This document shows positions 25,601 through 40,600 of a stretch of DNA of 64,000 nt, one piece after another. The stretch is from positions 10,537,883 to 10,601,882 of the forward strand of contig NC_083450.1 of NCBI RefSeq assembly GCF_020745735.1. Reading direction: 5' to 3'. The position numbers were made by a program, and so were the translations under genes. How positions within the stretch are numbered: the first letter of the stretch is position 1; each line of letters opens with the position of its first letter. The notes beneath the pieces were generated by a model. That model had not been told where the DNA came from. It made no database searches and was given only the letters and a program-made list of their open reading frames with translations. Origin of the DNA: Hemiscyllium ocellatum. Its lineage: Eukaryota.

Positions 25601-28600
25601 TCGAACTTGGGGAAGTAAATTACGACATTTTGGAAAATATTGCAAATAAGCAGGTGCTGGACGTCTTAAAACCCAAAAAGATGGATATATGCACGGGATC
25701 TAATCAGGTGTACCATTAGACTATGAGCGAAGAGAGAGAATGGATAACAGGGCCCCTTTGCGGAGATTCTTTTGTCATTCATAAACAAAGGTGAGATGCT
25801 GGAAGACTGAGCATTGGCTAATGATGTACCAGCCGGAGAATTATTGACTGGTCAGCGTAATATCTTTGCTTGAGAAGTTGTTGCAGGGAATCCTGTGGTA
25901 CAAGATACGCATGTATTTCGAAAGCAAGGACTGAGTAAAGATGTACAACGTGGCTTTGATAGTGGGAAATCGTGTCTCACTAACTGAATTCTACTTTTTG
26001 AAGAAGTAACAAGAGGATTGCTGAGGGCAGAGAGCTGGATGCGATCTATATCAACTTCAGTTCGCTCTATTTCAAGGTTCTGCATGTCGCTTAGTTTGCA
26101 AGTTTAGATAATTGGATTCCAGGGAGAACCAGCTATTTGGATGCAGAACTGGTCCAAAGGGAGAAAACAGAGGGTAACGTGCAGGATTGTTTTTCATCTG
26201 ATGGCCTGTGACCAGTAATGTGCAACAAAGATCTATGTTGTGTCCACTGTTATTTTCATTTAAATAACTGATTTGAATTTGAAAATAAGAGCTGGAGTTA
26301 TGAAGTTTGCAGATGACACTGCAATTGGCAGTGAAGAGGATCTCTGGGTCAATTGGTGGAGGAGTGACAGATGGCTCTAATTGAGATAAACGTGAGGTGC
26401 TACATTTTGGCAAGGCAAATCAGGAGAGGACTTATGAATTTGATAGTAAGGTCCTTGCGAGTATTTCTGAACAAAGAGACCTCGGAGTGCAGGTGCATAG
26501 TTTCTCGAATGTGGAGTCGCAGACAGATACGATAATAAAGAAGGCATTCATTAATCAGGGCATTCAGTATAGGAGTTGAGGGATCATGTTACGGCCGTAC
26601 AGGACATTGGTTAAGCCAGTTTTGGAGTATTGCACGCTAATCCTGGTCTCTTCCGCCCCACCCCCACCTTCCACACTGTCACCATAGAAAAAATGTAGTG
26701 AGACGAGAAACAGTTCAGAAAAGATTCATAACAGTGTTGCCAGATATGCATGATTTTAGCTAAAGTGAGAGTCTGAATAGACTGGGGCAATTCCCATTGG
26801 AGCATCAGAGGCTGAGCGGTGACGTGGAGAGGTTTATAAAGTCATGAGTGGCATGGATGGAGACAATAGAAAAAAAATTCCTGGATTTGGGGAGGTACCA
26901 AACTGAAGGACATTGGTTCAAGGTGAGAGGGGCAAGATATGAATGGGTCCAAAGGGGAGCAACGTTTTCATGTACAGGGTGTTGCATGTATGGAATGATG
27001 TGCCCGAGGCACTGGTGGAGGCTGGTATGTTTGCAACATTCAAAAAGAATCTGGATATGTGTATGAATAGGAATGGTTCAGAAGGATAATGGCCAAATGC
27101 TGGCAAATGGGATTACATTTTTATAGGATAACTGCTCGGTATGATCGAAATGCAGGACAAGGTCTATTTATCTACGGTGTATGACTCTGGTTCTATGACT
27201 CTCTATCAAAGAGAGCACAAGAAAATTATTAGGAAGCAAGATAACGTAATACTGAAAGATATCTCATTCGTATTTAAGGAGCAAAATGATAGTTAAAGAA
27301 AAAGTGGTTCCTTCCTGAGTTAAAGAAGGGAATTTATGCGCAGATGCAGAGGATACACAGATTTTTTTTTTGCCTTATAAAGCATGTAAATGCCGCATTC
27401 CAAAAGAAGCAGTGTGGATATTGGACAAATAATCACAAGGTTAGAGGAATCTGAATTCTTGGAAATGGATACATTGCCAGAGCTGGATGAATTGCACGGA
27501 AGCATATTGAAGGTAAGGGACGAAAACGAGATGCTATGAGCATTATTTTCCAATCCTCACTAGATACATGTGACGTGTCAGAGGACAGAGTGAATGCAAA
27601 TATGAGTCTGCAGTCGAAAACCTGTCCAAATGTGATGTCAACCTATTGTAGGCCAATTTGTCTTACTATGGTTGCAGGCAGTTTTTTTTTTACAATCCTG
27701 GGAGATTAGATGAACTGTCACTTAGAATACCATGAACTAGCCAGGGATAATCCGTATAGGTTTATGCAACGGAAGATCACACTTTTCAAATTTAATTGAA
27801 TTCTGTGTGGAAGTGACATGGAGATCGATGAGGATAGTGCAGTGTCCGTGGTGCATATGGATTTCAGGAAGGCAGTTGACATGGCATTTGGCAGAATTGT
27901 CAAACAAGCAAAAGCCAAAGGGGTACAGGGTAATGTGGCGAATTAGATCCACTGTTGACTTTGTAACTGGGAATAAAGAATAATGGTTAAATGCAGCCCT
28001 TGTGAATGGAAAGTTGTTTCAAGTACTGTTCACCAGGGCTCAGTGATGGGACCACTGCTGTTTTTTTTGGAGGGGGGGGCGGTGTCAGTATGCGACTGGT
28101 TGGTTTCAGTACGAAGGGAAGTGACAGTTGTAGACCATGAATGAATGGAGGCCAAATCTGATAAGTGTGAAGTAACGTAATTACGGACTTCAAGCATTAA
28201 AAGAGAATGCACTATAAATGTGAACATGTTAAAAATGTTGTTGAAGTGAGAAAAGCTGACGTGCATGTGCGCAGATCCATACAGGTAACAGTGCAAGCAG
28301 ATGAGTTTCCAATAAAGCCATGTTGGGGCACAAATGGCCTTAGTGGTATTATCGATAAACTATTAACTTAGAGACATAGAAAATGTTCTGGGGACATCTT
28401 GACGAATGGTGGACTTTAAGTCCAACATAAAATCTGGAATTCTGAGTTTAATGATGATTAGGACACTATTGTCGATTTTCAGAAAGAAAAATCATCTGGT
28501 TCATGAATGTCCATCGGGGAAGGAAATCTGTTATCCTTACCTTGTCGAACTTAGTTGTCTCTTAACTGTCCTCTGGAAAATGACTCGACAATTAATGCTG

Positions 28601-31600
28601 ACCTTGACAGCGATGTTCACTTACCACGAGTGAATTTAAGAAAATAAAATATCTAATTGTGTTCTTCATCAGCAGAGGCATAGAATGTAAACGTTTGAAT
28701 ATAATGATGCGAATGCATAAGATCGTCGTCACCACACGACAGGAAGAACATAATTACTTTGGAGAGAGGGAAGAGAAGATTCACTGGAATTTTGCCATCG
28801 CTTGGAAATTATAGTTACAAGGAAAGGTTGGAGTATATCTCTTGGAACAGAGAAGGCTGCTATCCAGCTGTCCTCCTGACGAATATGCGTTTAACTCACA
28901 ACAAATAAGAACTTCTTGCTCAATATTGGTTGCTATTTGAAACAACCATCAACCTATTTTTTAACAATCCCCTAATTCCTGACGAGTTCACAAGCTGATC
29001 ATATTTATTCCCAATAATAATATTCAAAGCACTATCATCTGCTCTTAGAATATAGAACATAGAACATAAGAACATGATAGTACAGAACAGGCCCTTTGTT
29101 CTTCGATATTGTGCCGACTTTTGGAACCAATCTGAAGCCTATCTATCCTGCACTATTGCATTTTCTTCCATATGTTTACTCAATGACCATTCAAAAAAAA
29201 CCCCAAATTGCTCTTTCAGGCAATGCATTCCACGTACCCACTACTCTCTGAGTAAGCAAACTACCCCTGAAAGCAGTCCTTTATCTATCAACGACCAGGA
29301 CTGCAAACAATACTCCAAGTGTGGCCGCACTAGAGTTTTGTACAGTTGCAGCATGATGTCGTGGCTCAGACGCTCAATCTCTCTACAAGTAAAAGCTAAC
29401 ACACCATACGCCTTCTTAACATCTGTATTAACTTGGGTGGTAACTTTCAGGGATATATGTACAGTGTACGGAGATCTCTCTGTTCCTCTATACTATTAAG
29501 AATCGTACCAATACCCCAGTAAACTTTATTCCTGTTGCGTCTAACAAAATGAATCGCCTCACACTTTCCCATTTTAAATTACATTTGTCACCTCACAGTA
29601 CAGTTCTGCAGCTTACCTATACCCCTCTGTAACCCACAAATTCCTTCAGGACTATCCACAACTCCACCAACTTTAGTGCCTTCCGTAAATCTACTAACAT
29701 GTCCTTCCAAGCCCTCATCGAGGCCATTCAGGAAATTACAAACAGCAGTGACCCAAAACAGATCCTTTGCTTTACATCGCTAATAATTGAAGTCCGCAAT
29801 GGACATTTCCCATCAACTAACACCATATTATTTTCCAGCTAGCCAATTTCTTATCCAAACCACTAGATCACCCTCAATCCCTGGGCGGCACGGTGACACA
29901 GTGGTTAACACTGCTGCTCACAGTGCCAGAGACCCGGGTTTAATTCCCAACTCAGGCTACTGATTGTGTGGAGTTTGCGCAGTCTCCCTGTGTCTGCATG
30001 GGTTTCCTCTGGGTGCTCCGGTTTTCCTCCCGCAGGTCAGGTGAATTGGCCATGCTAAATTGCCCGTAGTGTTAGGTAAAGGGGTAAATGTAGGGGAATG
30101 GGTGGGTTGCGCTTAGGCGGGTCAGTGTGGACTTGTTGGGCCGAAGGGCCTGTTCCACACTGTAAGAAATCTAAAATCCCATGCCTCCATATTTTGTGTA
30201 ATAGGCTACTGTTTTCAAACGCCTTACTGAAATCCATGTACATCGCATCAAACGGTTGACCCTCATCCACTTGTTTGGTCACCTTCTCAAAGAACACAAT
30301 AAGGTTTGTGGGGCACTATTTACTCTTCACAAAACAGTGTTGACTATCCCGAATCAACATAATCGTCTCTTGATGATTATAAATCCTCTGTCTGATATCC
30401 TTTTCTAAAACTTTCCTCACAACCAAAGTAAAGCTCACTGGTCAATAACTGCTGTCAACCTGTCATCGTTGAATGCAGTATTCCTTTTGTACTTACATAT
30501 AACCTTCTGATTTAAGCATCCACGTATATACCTTCTGCAGAGTTAATTTCGAACAAAATGTTGAACAGTAATCTTTTGTATTGTTCACACTGAAATCTTT
30601 AGAATAATTCATTCATCTTCATCATCTGTCTTAAACATTCTTTATCAAGTCTAAGTAATTCAAGTACATTTGTAGAGAGAAAAAAAACTCATGTATTTAC
30701 CTGCTGCTCTGGATTACGTGGTCTAGCATCTGTGGATGATTCTTTCCCGCAGTTACCTGAAGCAAAGAAAGAAAATTAGCATGTAAAATGATCTAAACCT
30801 AACTATTTCTTTCTCATTTTGACGATTCTATGACTAAAAGCGATGTATTTTTTTAACAGTGGTTTTGAAGCGGAGGTTTCAGCTGTCCATTGAAAACTCC
30901 TCAACAGCTTTTAAATGTTTTTTTTTCAGATTGGAACTGTAGACCCAGATTGACTGGATATGATCAAAATCCAATAGCATCAAGAGTTTTAGTTTCAGAT
31001 TTCAGCACTTGTTGCTGGGATCTCAGCAGGGTTGAAAGCTGCAGTACATCTGACACTTCCATACTGTCTGAGAGTTTTCCTTTGGTGTTTTCATAAGCTG
31101 GACTTGCATTGACACAAATGTAACTTTTTACTGATTTTTTTCTGAATTTGACTTTGTCAAGGGCGTGCTTGTGGTGTGTTAATATATTAGATCAGCAAAT
31201 TCGCAATACTTACTGTACCTACACCATTGTTTATTATTTCGATAGATTCGCAGCTAAGACAGCCTTCTATGCTGTATTCTTTCTTTCATTTGGTTGTATT
31301 TTACCTATCATGTACGAATAAAGTCCGTTTTGCTCAACGTGGAGTAGTTTGAACAAACGAATTGCTCCTGGAATGCAGCATCTTACATTGACTATCAACG
31401 AACAGGAAGTTAGAGTCTAAGGTACCTTCTTGTATTTTGAAGGGCTTTGATCTGATCCATAACAGTAATCAATCTGCTCATACACACGATTTCTAATAAT
31501 TTGAAAACGGCAGGACTGTTGGAATGAGTGATTTTAACTACTCCTATATTGACTGGGACTCATGATATGCTTGGGGCTTGAATGAGGCAACACTTGTCAG

Positions 31601-34600
31601 GATCATTCAGGAGGTATTCTTGATGCACATGTAAAATGCCCAAGCAGGAAAGTGCCGTACTGGACCTGGTTTATGGAAATAAATACGGCTACTTGAGTGA
31701 AGTATCACTACCAGAACATTTCAGAAGGGATAGCCATAATACCGTGTGTTTTAAGAAACTCATGGATGGGAATAACAGCAGGCCCGGGGTGATGGTGATA
31801 AAATTGGGGACATTGTACTACAACGATTTTTGGCAGGTACTGGAGAATTTTGAATGGAGGTGGCTTTTCGACGGAAAATCCAAATTGTACACGTCGGAGT
31901 ATTTCAGATAGTAGTTGATAAGACTTCAGCAGCGGACTACCAGAGATGTTACGACGTTGGTCAGAAAGTAAAAGGAAATAACTTAAACACGGAATTGGAT
32001 GGGTGAAAAGGGGTGATGAAACATTGTTGGCAAACACAATTGAGGAGAATCTCAAAGCCTTTTACACGTACATAAAAAACAAGAGGGCATCCAGAGAAAG
32101 GGTTGGCCCAATGAAGGGCAAAGGAGTAAATCTATGTGTGGAGCCAGAAGAGGCGGTGTTTGTATTCACCAATGAGAATGAATTGGTGAAGCATGATCTC
32201 AGTGAGGGGAGTGCCGAGTGTTCAAGTGAAGTTGCTATTAAAAAGGAAGAGGCGTTGTGCGTCTTAAAACGTATTAAGGTGGATAAGTCCATGATGCAAT
32301 CCATCCAAGAATATTAATGGAGGCAATAAATGAAATTGCTGGGGCATTAACATACATCTTTATTCGTCTTTGAACACAAGTGAAGTCCCAAAGGACTGGA
32401 GAGTAGACAGCATTGTCCCTTTGATTCGGAAAGATAGCCAGGATAATTCTATTAATTCCAGTCCTATGAGTCTCATGTCGGTAATCAGTAGGTTATTTGA
32501 AAATATTCTGAGGGAGAAGGACCTATTAGTGATGAACAGCGTGATTTGAGTGGGGGAGGTCATGCAACACTAATTTCATCGCTTTTTTGAAGACGTGACG
32601 AAGATGATTGATGAGGGCTGAGCAGTTCATGTTGCCACCAAAGCGTTTGACAAGGTATTTCATGGCAGGCTTGTTTAAAAGGTGAGGTCATATGATATCG
32701 TGGTGAGCTGGCAAGATTGATACAGAACTGGCGTAGATATAGGAAACAGATGTAGAAGTGGCGTGATGCTTTTCTGAATGGAGTGCTTTGACTAGCGGTG
32801 GGCCACATGGCACCTCTACTGTTCGTGATCTATATAAATGCTTTGGAGAAAAATGCAAACGGTCAAATTAGTAAGCTTTTGGTCGACAAAAAATGTTGAG
32901 GTTGTGTAGAGTGAGGAGAATTGTCAGATGATATAGCAAAATATAGATCACTTGGAGTCATCGCCAGAAAAAATGGCTGAAGGAGTTCAATCTGGACAAA
33001 TGTGAGGTGATGAATTTTGGAAGGTCAAATACAGGTGGAATCTATAGAGTGATTGGCAGAACTTTTAGGAGTATTGATATACAAAGGGATCTGTACGTGC
33101 AGGTCAACAGATCACCGAAGTTGACATCGTAGGCAGATAAGGTCATTAAAAAAAAGGCGTATGGGATGCTTGCCTTCATTGAAAAGGCTTTGAGTATGAA
33201 GATGGGCAAGTTATGCTGCAGCATTTTAGAACAATAGTTAGGCCATACTTGGAATATTTGTACAGGTCTTTTCACAAAACTACCAGAATGATGTGGATGA
33301 TTTGGAGACGATAGAGAAAAGATTGACGAGAATGCTGCCTGGTATCTGGGATTTTAGCGATGATGAGATATCGGCTCGACTGGTTTATTTTCACTGGAAG
33401 GCATGAGTTTGAGGGATGGCAGAGTAGAAGTTTAATCGATTCTGAATTGCATCGATAGAGTGGAAAATATAAAGATTTTTCTCAAGGTAGAGGATTCAAT
33501 TACTAGAGGATAGAGGTGCAAGATGAGAGATGTGGGGGATGTTTAAAACAGACGAGTGAGACAACTGTTTCACTGAAATGGTGGTGAATGCTAGGAACAT
33601 GTTACCAGAGGAGGTGGTGGAATCAGACACAATGGCAACAATCAAGAAGCAGCTGTAAGAATATATGAGTAGCAAGGGAATAGCGATTTATAGCTCTTTT
33701 AAGTGAGGACATTTTTAGTATGGAAGCACTAAACGCGGCAGGTTTGGACGGCTGAATGGCTTATTTCTGTGCTATATTGTTCTTTATTCTTTTGAGGTCG
33801 GCCCGCCTTGCTCCCGGGTCTTCCAGGCCTGGGTTGAGGACAGTAACACTGCACCACAGCAGGGCAGGCTTGTTTCGGCTAACTTAAACATCAAATAAAA
33901 CAATGAAACTGTATCTGAGGTATGTGAGATGACGTAGTTACAGCACCAATGGAAACATCCTACCTGAATAACATCTCTTATAAATCCAACTTGTGGCAGC
34001 TAACATCAGGAGAGGGAGTATTATCATCAATGAATTCCAGTAATACATTAAATGGCAATTGACACGTTGGGACTCTGAAGAAGACAGAGAAATTGTTAAA
34101 AGTTCAGAATGGAATTATCAGTTACTTAAAGACTCACCATTCCAATTCAAAGTATGAGGGAATCGGTAAACTAAATTATCCTTGTCCGAATCTCTAAAAG
34201 CCCAGAAACTAAATTAAATATTAAACACCCATATTAAATGTAAAATAATGGAAAGACAGAATGAATCGGGCAGAGTGGAAAGGACAGTCAGATAAATATG
34301 AAAAGAAACTGTATGGAATAATGTTACTTTGGAATCATTGAAGTGTCAGATGCTGATTGAAGCTATGAACTCCTTCAAATTTCTTTCCACATGAATGCAA
34401 AATCAAAACAATTACTCTAACCTCTCTATATATGTTTCTACATATCCATATCCAAAGTACAATTTCACCCGTCCCCTTGAAGGAAATTTCTCAACCATTC
34501 CACCAACGATGCAAGTTAATATTTATACATTTCCAAAAGCTTATTGCTTCTTCCCTCTCTTCCAACTTCTGATCTGTGTTCTCAGATTTAACTTGTAGCA

Positions 34601-37600
34601 GTCAATACTGTTCATTTAAGCAATTTTATACAAGTTAAATCTTCTTCAATCATATAATGAACCATGCAGCCATGACTGTCAATAAGTGCTCTGTTAAATA
34701 TTTTCTATGCTCCTTTCATAAATCGATAATAGTCTTTTGAATTAAATCTCGTTTATAAATAATTGTCACTTGCATATCGTTGTGGAAAAAAACGACTCTT
34801 CTCCAAACCTCATCACAATATAACACACCTATAATTATGGAAATACTGTTTTTGTTCTTCCATGTTGATCAAAATATTTCAAAAGTGCCATTTGGTCGAA
34901 GAGATTTAGGAAATTACATTGAATTTGTAAAATTATTAACTTACAGGGCAGAAGAGTAGAGTGATTTTTCACCACGAGTAGAAAAGGTCAGTTAAAAAAC
35001 GAAGTTCACACAGTTAACAACTATATTGAAAGGAAACGAATTAAAATCCACCTTCGAACTCACATTAATACAAGCAATCGGTTCGTGAAGTTAGCCAAGA
35101 AAACGTTAATTTGATCAAACTCACGAAATGACGAACAGAACTGGTTTTAGTGTTCAAGAACTTATTTAAGCTCTGCAGGATAGTGCAAAAAAAATCCATC
35201 TATGAGCCCAGATTATAATGGTTTAGCCAATCTAAACGAATGAACAATCTTTCTTTTCTTTTTGTCCCCTCGAGCAAAGGGGGAAAAAAGTGGTGTTCTG
35301 ATAGAAGGTTGTTAAATAAACTGTATTTGGAAGATGTTTCTACTATTGATGAAAATCGAACCTAGAAGAGATGTGCCTACAGTAAGGAAGAAATACAGAA
35401 TCTTGCCTTCGTTAGTCAGGGTATTGAGTAGAAAACAATTGATATGTCATGTTGCAACGGTTCAAGTCATTAGTGAGGCCACAGTGGAAATACTATACAC
35501 AGTTATGATAGACTTTGGAGAGGATGCAGGAGAAACTTTCCAGGATATTCCTTCGCTTGGAGTGCATTAGCTCCAAAGGAATGTTGGCCAAAATTTATTT
35601 TTTTGTTTTGTTTTGCAGGAGCAACGTAGGTTGACGAGTAACCTGAAAGAATTATGCAGCATTATAAGAGACATAAATAGATTGGATAGTCTGAGTCTCT
35701 TTCCTGGAAGTGTCAAATTCTCGGGGGCATAGTCTTAATAAAATGACGGAAAGTTAAATGGCATGGGTGAGGAAAGTGTTTTGCTAAATGTGATACGTGC
35801 CTGAAATACATTGCCACACGACATGGCTGAATCAGAAAAGTTTAAGAGACATTTATATGGATGCTTGAAAAGACAGAGAATAAAGACACATGGAAACTAA
35901 GCAGATATTTGGTAAATTCGTACAATCGCAGAAAGAGGTACACTGCAGAAAGTGGTAATTTACCCCATCGAATCTGAACTGACATTATGAAGAACACTTA
36001 GACCAAGTCCACATGTATCTGATTAACCCCGCATTTACCATGGCTAATTCACCTAACCTGCACAGCCTGGACGCTCAGGCCAAATTAGGTTAAATGTACC
36101 AAACCTGCACATCTTTGGATTGTAAGTGGAAACTGGAGTAAAACAATGCAACCGTGGGGAGAATGTATGAACTCCAAACAGATAATCACTTCAGGCTGGA
36201 AACGAACCATGGGTGGCACGGTGGCACATTGGTTAGCACTGCTTCCTCAGAGCGCCAGAGACCTAGGTTCAATTCCCTCCTCAGGCGACACTCTTTGTGG
36301 GGTTTGCACATTCTCCCTGTGTCTGCGTAGGTTTCTCCGGGTGCTCTGGTTTCCTCCCAAAAACCAGAAATATGCAGGTTAGGTGAATTAGCCAGGCTAA
36401 ATTGTCTGCAGTGTTAGGTGAAGGGCTAAATGTAGGGGATTGGGTCTGGATGGGTTGTGCTTCAGCGGGTCGATGTGGGATTGTGGGCCTGAAGGGCCTG
36501 TTTTCCACACTGTAAGTAGTCTAATCTAAGTAATCTCGTCTCTGGCCCTTTGAAACAGTGATGCTAGATTAGTTTAGAATAGAATCATGTTCAACGCAGA
36601 CACGAGCATGAATGGCTTATTCCTGTATGGGCCTGTTCTGTTTCATGTTCACCATGTATCATGGTGTCACTCCAATGTCCGAATTCGGATTTGACGTGAC
36701 AACGTCTGTCCTCAGACAGCGCTCAGCATTTCGAAACGTGTACAGAGTATGAGGCATCTGATATTTTAAGAGCATTTTTGAATATAAAATATCTGGACTT
36801 GGGTTTGTGGTGATGTCACTACCAAAACTTTGCCAGGGCGATATTTGTGTAGAACAGGAAGAATGGCGTTTATCTGTCGTGTCAAATCATCTGTTTCCAG
36901 AATGGAATTTGTTTTGAAATTCAGCTGTAGTTTGTAAATACAGTTTTATTTTATTCAATTTTAATCTGTGAAAGCAAGGAGTTATTTCCTTTACCTTACT
37001 ATACACGAATGGCCTGCTCAAATAGATTCAGGGTATTATTCATACAGGTAAACAATGTGGCATTGACTAATGCAATCAATACATGTCCAAATGATCGGAG
37101 GCAGATATAAAAAAGGAGCAGATTATGTATTATCAATAAACATCATCTGTATCAACATTTACCTCTCCTATAGGAGATATTTTCACTGGTAAGAATTTCT
37201 TCTGAGTTGATTTGAACTGAGCAAGTAATGAAAGCTCCTTGTTGCCATGTTTCTGCTGGGACTCTGAAGTGACTTATGATACCGTATTCTCCAGTAGAGA
37301 TAATTGTCCCCGAATACGTCCAAGCCTTGATATCCCTTGTAGAAATATTCCAAGCGATGGGAAATGAATTAGAGTACACGTTTTTTACTAAGCATACCAA
37401 TGTGGTAGCTTCCATGTGAAACATTTCATCCAGTGGTGAGGATAAGAGAAAGACAGTTGGGGTACCTGTTGAGTTGGAGAGGCATCACAGAATCACAAAA
37501 TTGTTACAACATTGAGCAGGACCATTCTCCCTATTATGCTTGCATGTGCTCTATAAAAGAGCATCATACTCTTATTCGAATGCTCTTGATGTATTTTCTT

Positions 37601-40600
37601 TCTGTGTGTCTTCGGCACACTACTTGCATTAAAAAAAATCCAATGTTCCTATAAATGCCTCACCTGAAATTCACTCACCACATTTAAAGCCACTGCATTC
37701 CATAGCCTAACTAGTTACTGAGTGAAATAAAGTTTAATTTCCACAACGCTGTTGTTTATATTGAAATTGTTCCTGATCGTCCACATTCCTTTCAGCAGCG
37801 GGAAAATATTCTCCTCCTCTACTCGAGAAGCTGCTCATGATTTTGAAAACATCGATCAAGTCTACTGTCATCTTTCTTTTGCCAAAGAGAACAACCCTAC
37901 GTCCTTATTTTTATCAACATATTTGAAACCTGTCATTCCTGGATACATTCTTGTAAATATTTTCTGCCCTTTTGCCAGTGTTTTGTATTCTCAGCTCTAA
38001 TGTTACACCCACAATATTACAAAACATGCCCGCTGATATCTATCACATCTTTTGAAACTTCAACATCTCCTTGCTCTTCGACCCATTGCTCCAATTAATA
38101 AAGCCAAGTGCACAGTATTCTTCATCGATTCCTCTGTCTGCACAGGACCTGTCATCTTTAATATTGCCAGCATATACATACCGAGGTCCCCCTGTTCCTG
38201 CTCCCGTTTAGTTTTGCACCATCTACTTTATTGTGTATTTCAAAATTCTTCCCACCGAAGTGACTCAACTCACACTTCTCTGCATTGAACCTTTATATTA
38301 CCTATCCATTCAGTCCACTACCTTGTCAATGTCCTCTTGTCATCCTTACAGCTTACGATTCTTTCTGAATTCTTACAGTAACAAATAAATCCTCCACTAT
38401 CACCATAGCCAGGGACAACATCCACTTCTTCCATAAATATATAGCGCATTCATTTAACATCTCAGATATGATTCTGCTTCAATGTATAAATCACCGCGAG
38501 GACTCGAATCGAACCTACTCGTCCGTTAACCACTCATACTTGCATGTACCAATCCTATGATTTGCGATTCCCTCTTCTGTTACCTGTTATTGTTGTCTTG
38601 TAAGTACTTTTTCTTGTCTTATTTGCTTTTTCAATTTCCCTCTAACCGTGTATTGTTGCTGTTGGATTTTAATGTTAATTCTGCCTCATACTGGTCATAA
38701 GCACGTTTTTTTTCTGTTTAATTTTAGTTTCTATCTCCTTTATTATCGAGGGAACTCATAACTTGTTTGTCCTATCATCTCGTTTAAAAAATGTCTTGGC
38801 GGTACCTGATCCATGTCCGTTTTGAAGGAGGCAAAGCACTATCATGGATAGAAGGTTGATTGAATGGAAGAAGGCAGAGTGGAAACATAAACCCACAGCA
38901 TTTGATTATACCTGATCCATCTCTGGTTTGAAAGAAGAAAGGCACTGGCATGGATAGAGGATTGGCTGGCTGGAACAAGGCAGAGAGGAAGGATAACATC
39001 ATCTTTTTTTTCAGAATGGCAACCGGTGACCAGTGGAGTTCCAAAGGCGTTATTATTGGGACCACGACCATTCACATTAAACATTAACGATGTGGTCTTT
39101 GGAAGTGAATGAAACAAAGGTAAGTGGAAATACAGGTAGTGTTCAGGAAGCAGGGAGTTTCAAATAAAAGAATTTGAACATGTGAGGCACTTGTGCAGAT
39201 ATGTTGCAGATTAAATACAATGTGGAAAAGTGTGAGGTTATTTACTATGGTAGGAAGAACACAGACTTATTTTCCAAGTGTGGAAGGCTTTAGAAACTAA
39301 AGTTCAAAGTGACTTATGAGTACTCGTTCAGAATTGTGTCAAGATTAACCTATAGGTTGGGTTGGCAGTTCGGATGGCAAATGCAAAGTTGTCATTCATT
39401 TCAAGATGACTAGAAACCAAGAGCAAAAATGTGCTGCTTAGGCTGTAGAATGCTCTGGTAGGCCGCATTTTGAATACTGTGGGCAGTATTAGGCCTTATG
39501 TCTAAGGAAAGGTAGGCGAGTTTGTTCCTGTACCTTACAGTCTTATTGATTTTCTTTTGTTTTCACCAATCATTTGTTCCAGCCAATTGTGCACAACTCT
39601 GCTTTTGCCCCGTTGATGTTAACTTCTCCCTAACTGATTTTGTTCTCACTTTGGCTTGTACCAACTTGTTTCCTATCACCATACTGAAGCATTTAATACA
39701 AAAGGCAGTTGTCTACAAAATATTTGCCCAAAGGCAAATTTGCCCACCTCATTTCCAAGGACCAGTTTTGACAATGCTTCATGCTACTTTTTTGCTGGGC
39801 AAACACTATTTTAGGAATCTGTCCTGAATGCAGTATACGAAATACTGCTCCTCATTGTGCCATAAATGACCAGATTCCATTTTTCTAATTAATGTCTTCA
39901 GTTACAACCATTCACAAGCCATGGAAATGTCCTGCCGATTTCCTTCACGAGGTGATTAACATTTCACTACATGAATTTATGTACTCGTTCTATTGTCATT
40001 CCTTCACTCGATATTGGTTGTTGATCCCTCTGAGACAGCACTGAACTGCATTGGATTAGAATCCACACAGTGTGGAAACAGGCCATTTGGCCTAACATGT
40101 CCACACCAACCTTCCAAAGACGAACCCACCCAGATCCATTCTCCTACATCTACCACTGACTAATTCATTTAACACTCTGGGCAATTTAGCGTGTCCAATT
40201 CTCCTAACTGTACATCTTTTGGATTGTGGGAGATATCTGGAACACCAAGAGGAAACCCACGCAGACATGGAGAATGTGCAATCTCCACACAGACAGTCAC
40301 CCGCCACGGGAATCAAAAGCAGGTCCCTGCCCCTGTGAGGCAGCAGTGCGTACCATTGAATCACCGTGCCACCCTAAGTACCCCGCTAAACATATAGTTC
40401 TACCCCTCCTCGTGTCTTTAATTTTCTATCTTCTTGCATACACAGAGGAATATTTAGAATAAGTTTTTCCCTATTTCAGGCAGAGCTCTGTCATTGTTAC
40501 AATATTGTGTTCCTACACGGCAATTGTGTCCGTAGCTCCCAAATATTGTTAGCTATTTGCCAAGCATGTTAGTTCTATTTTGGACGTCTTTTATTTCTCC

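Larger units (their letters stand above)
19400..27190 (+). mobile_element. Old CR1 split by a younger insertion (19400-21400 and 25501-27190)
   Basis: ORF1 and endonuclease remnants on the left. The ORF2 linker, RT and 3' end continue after 25500. Confidence 0.7.

Noticed and set aside
33964-33980. CD4/CD8-type Lck-binding Cys motif
   Set aside because: The Cys spacing is CYSGNC, not CxC.
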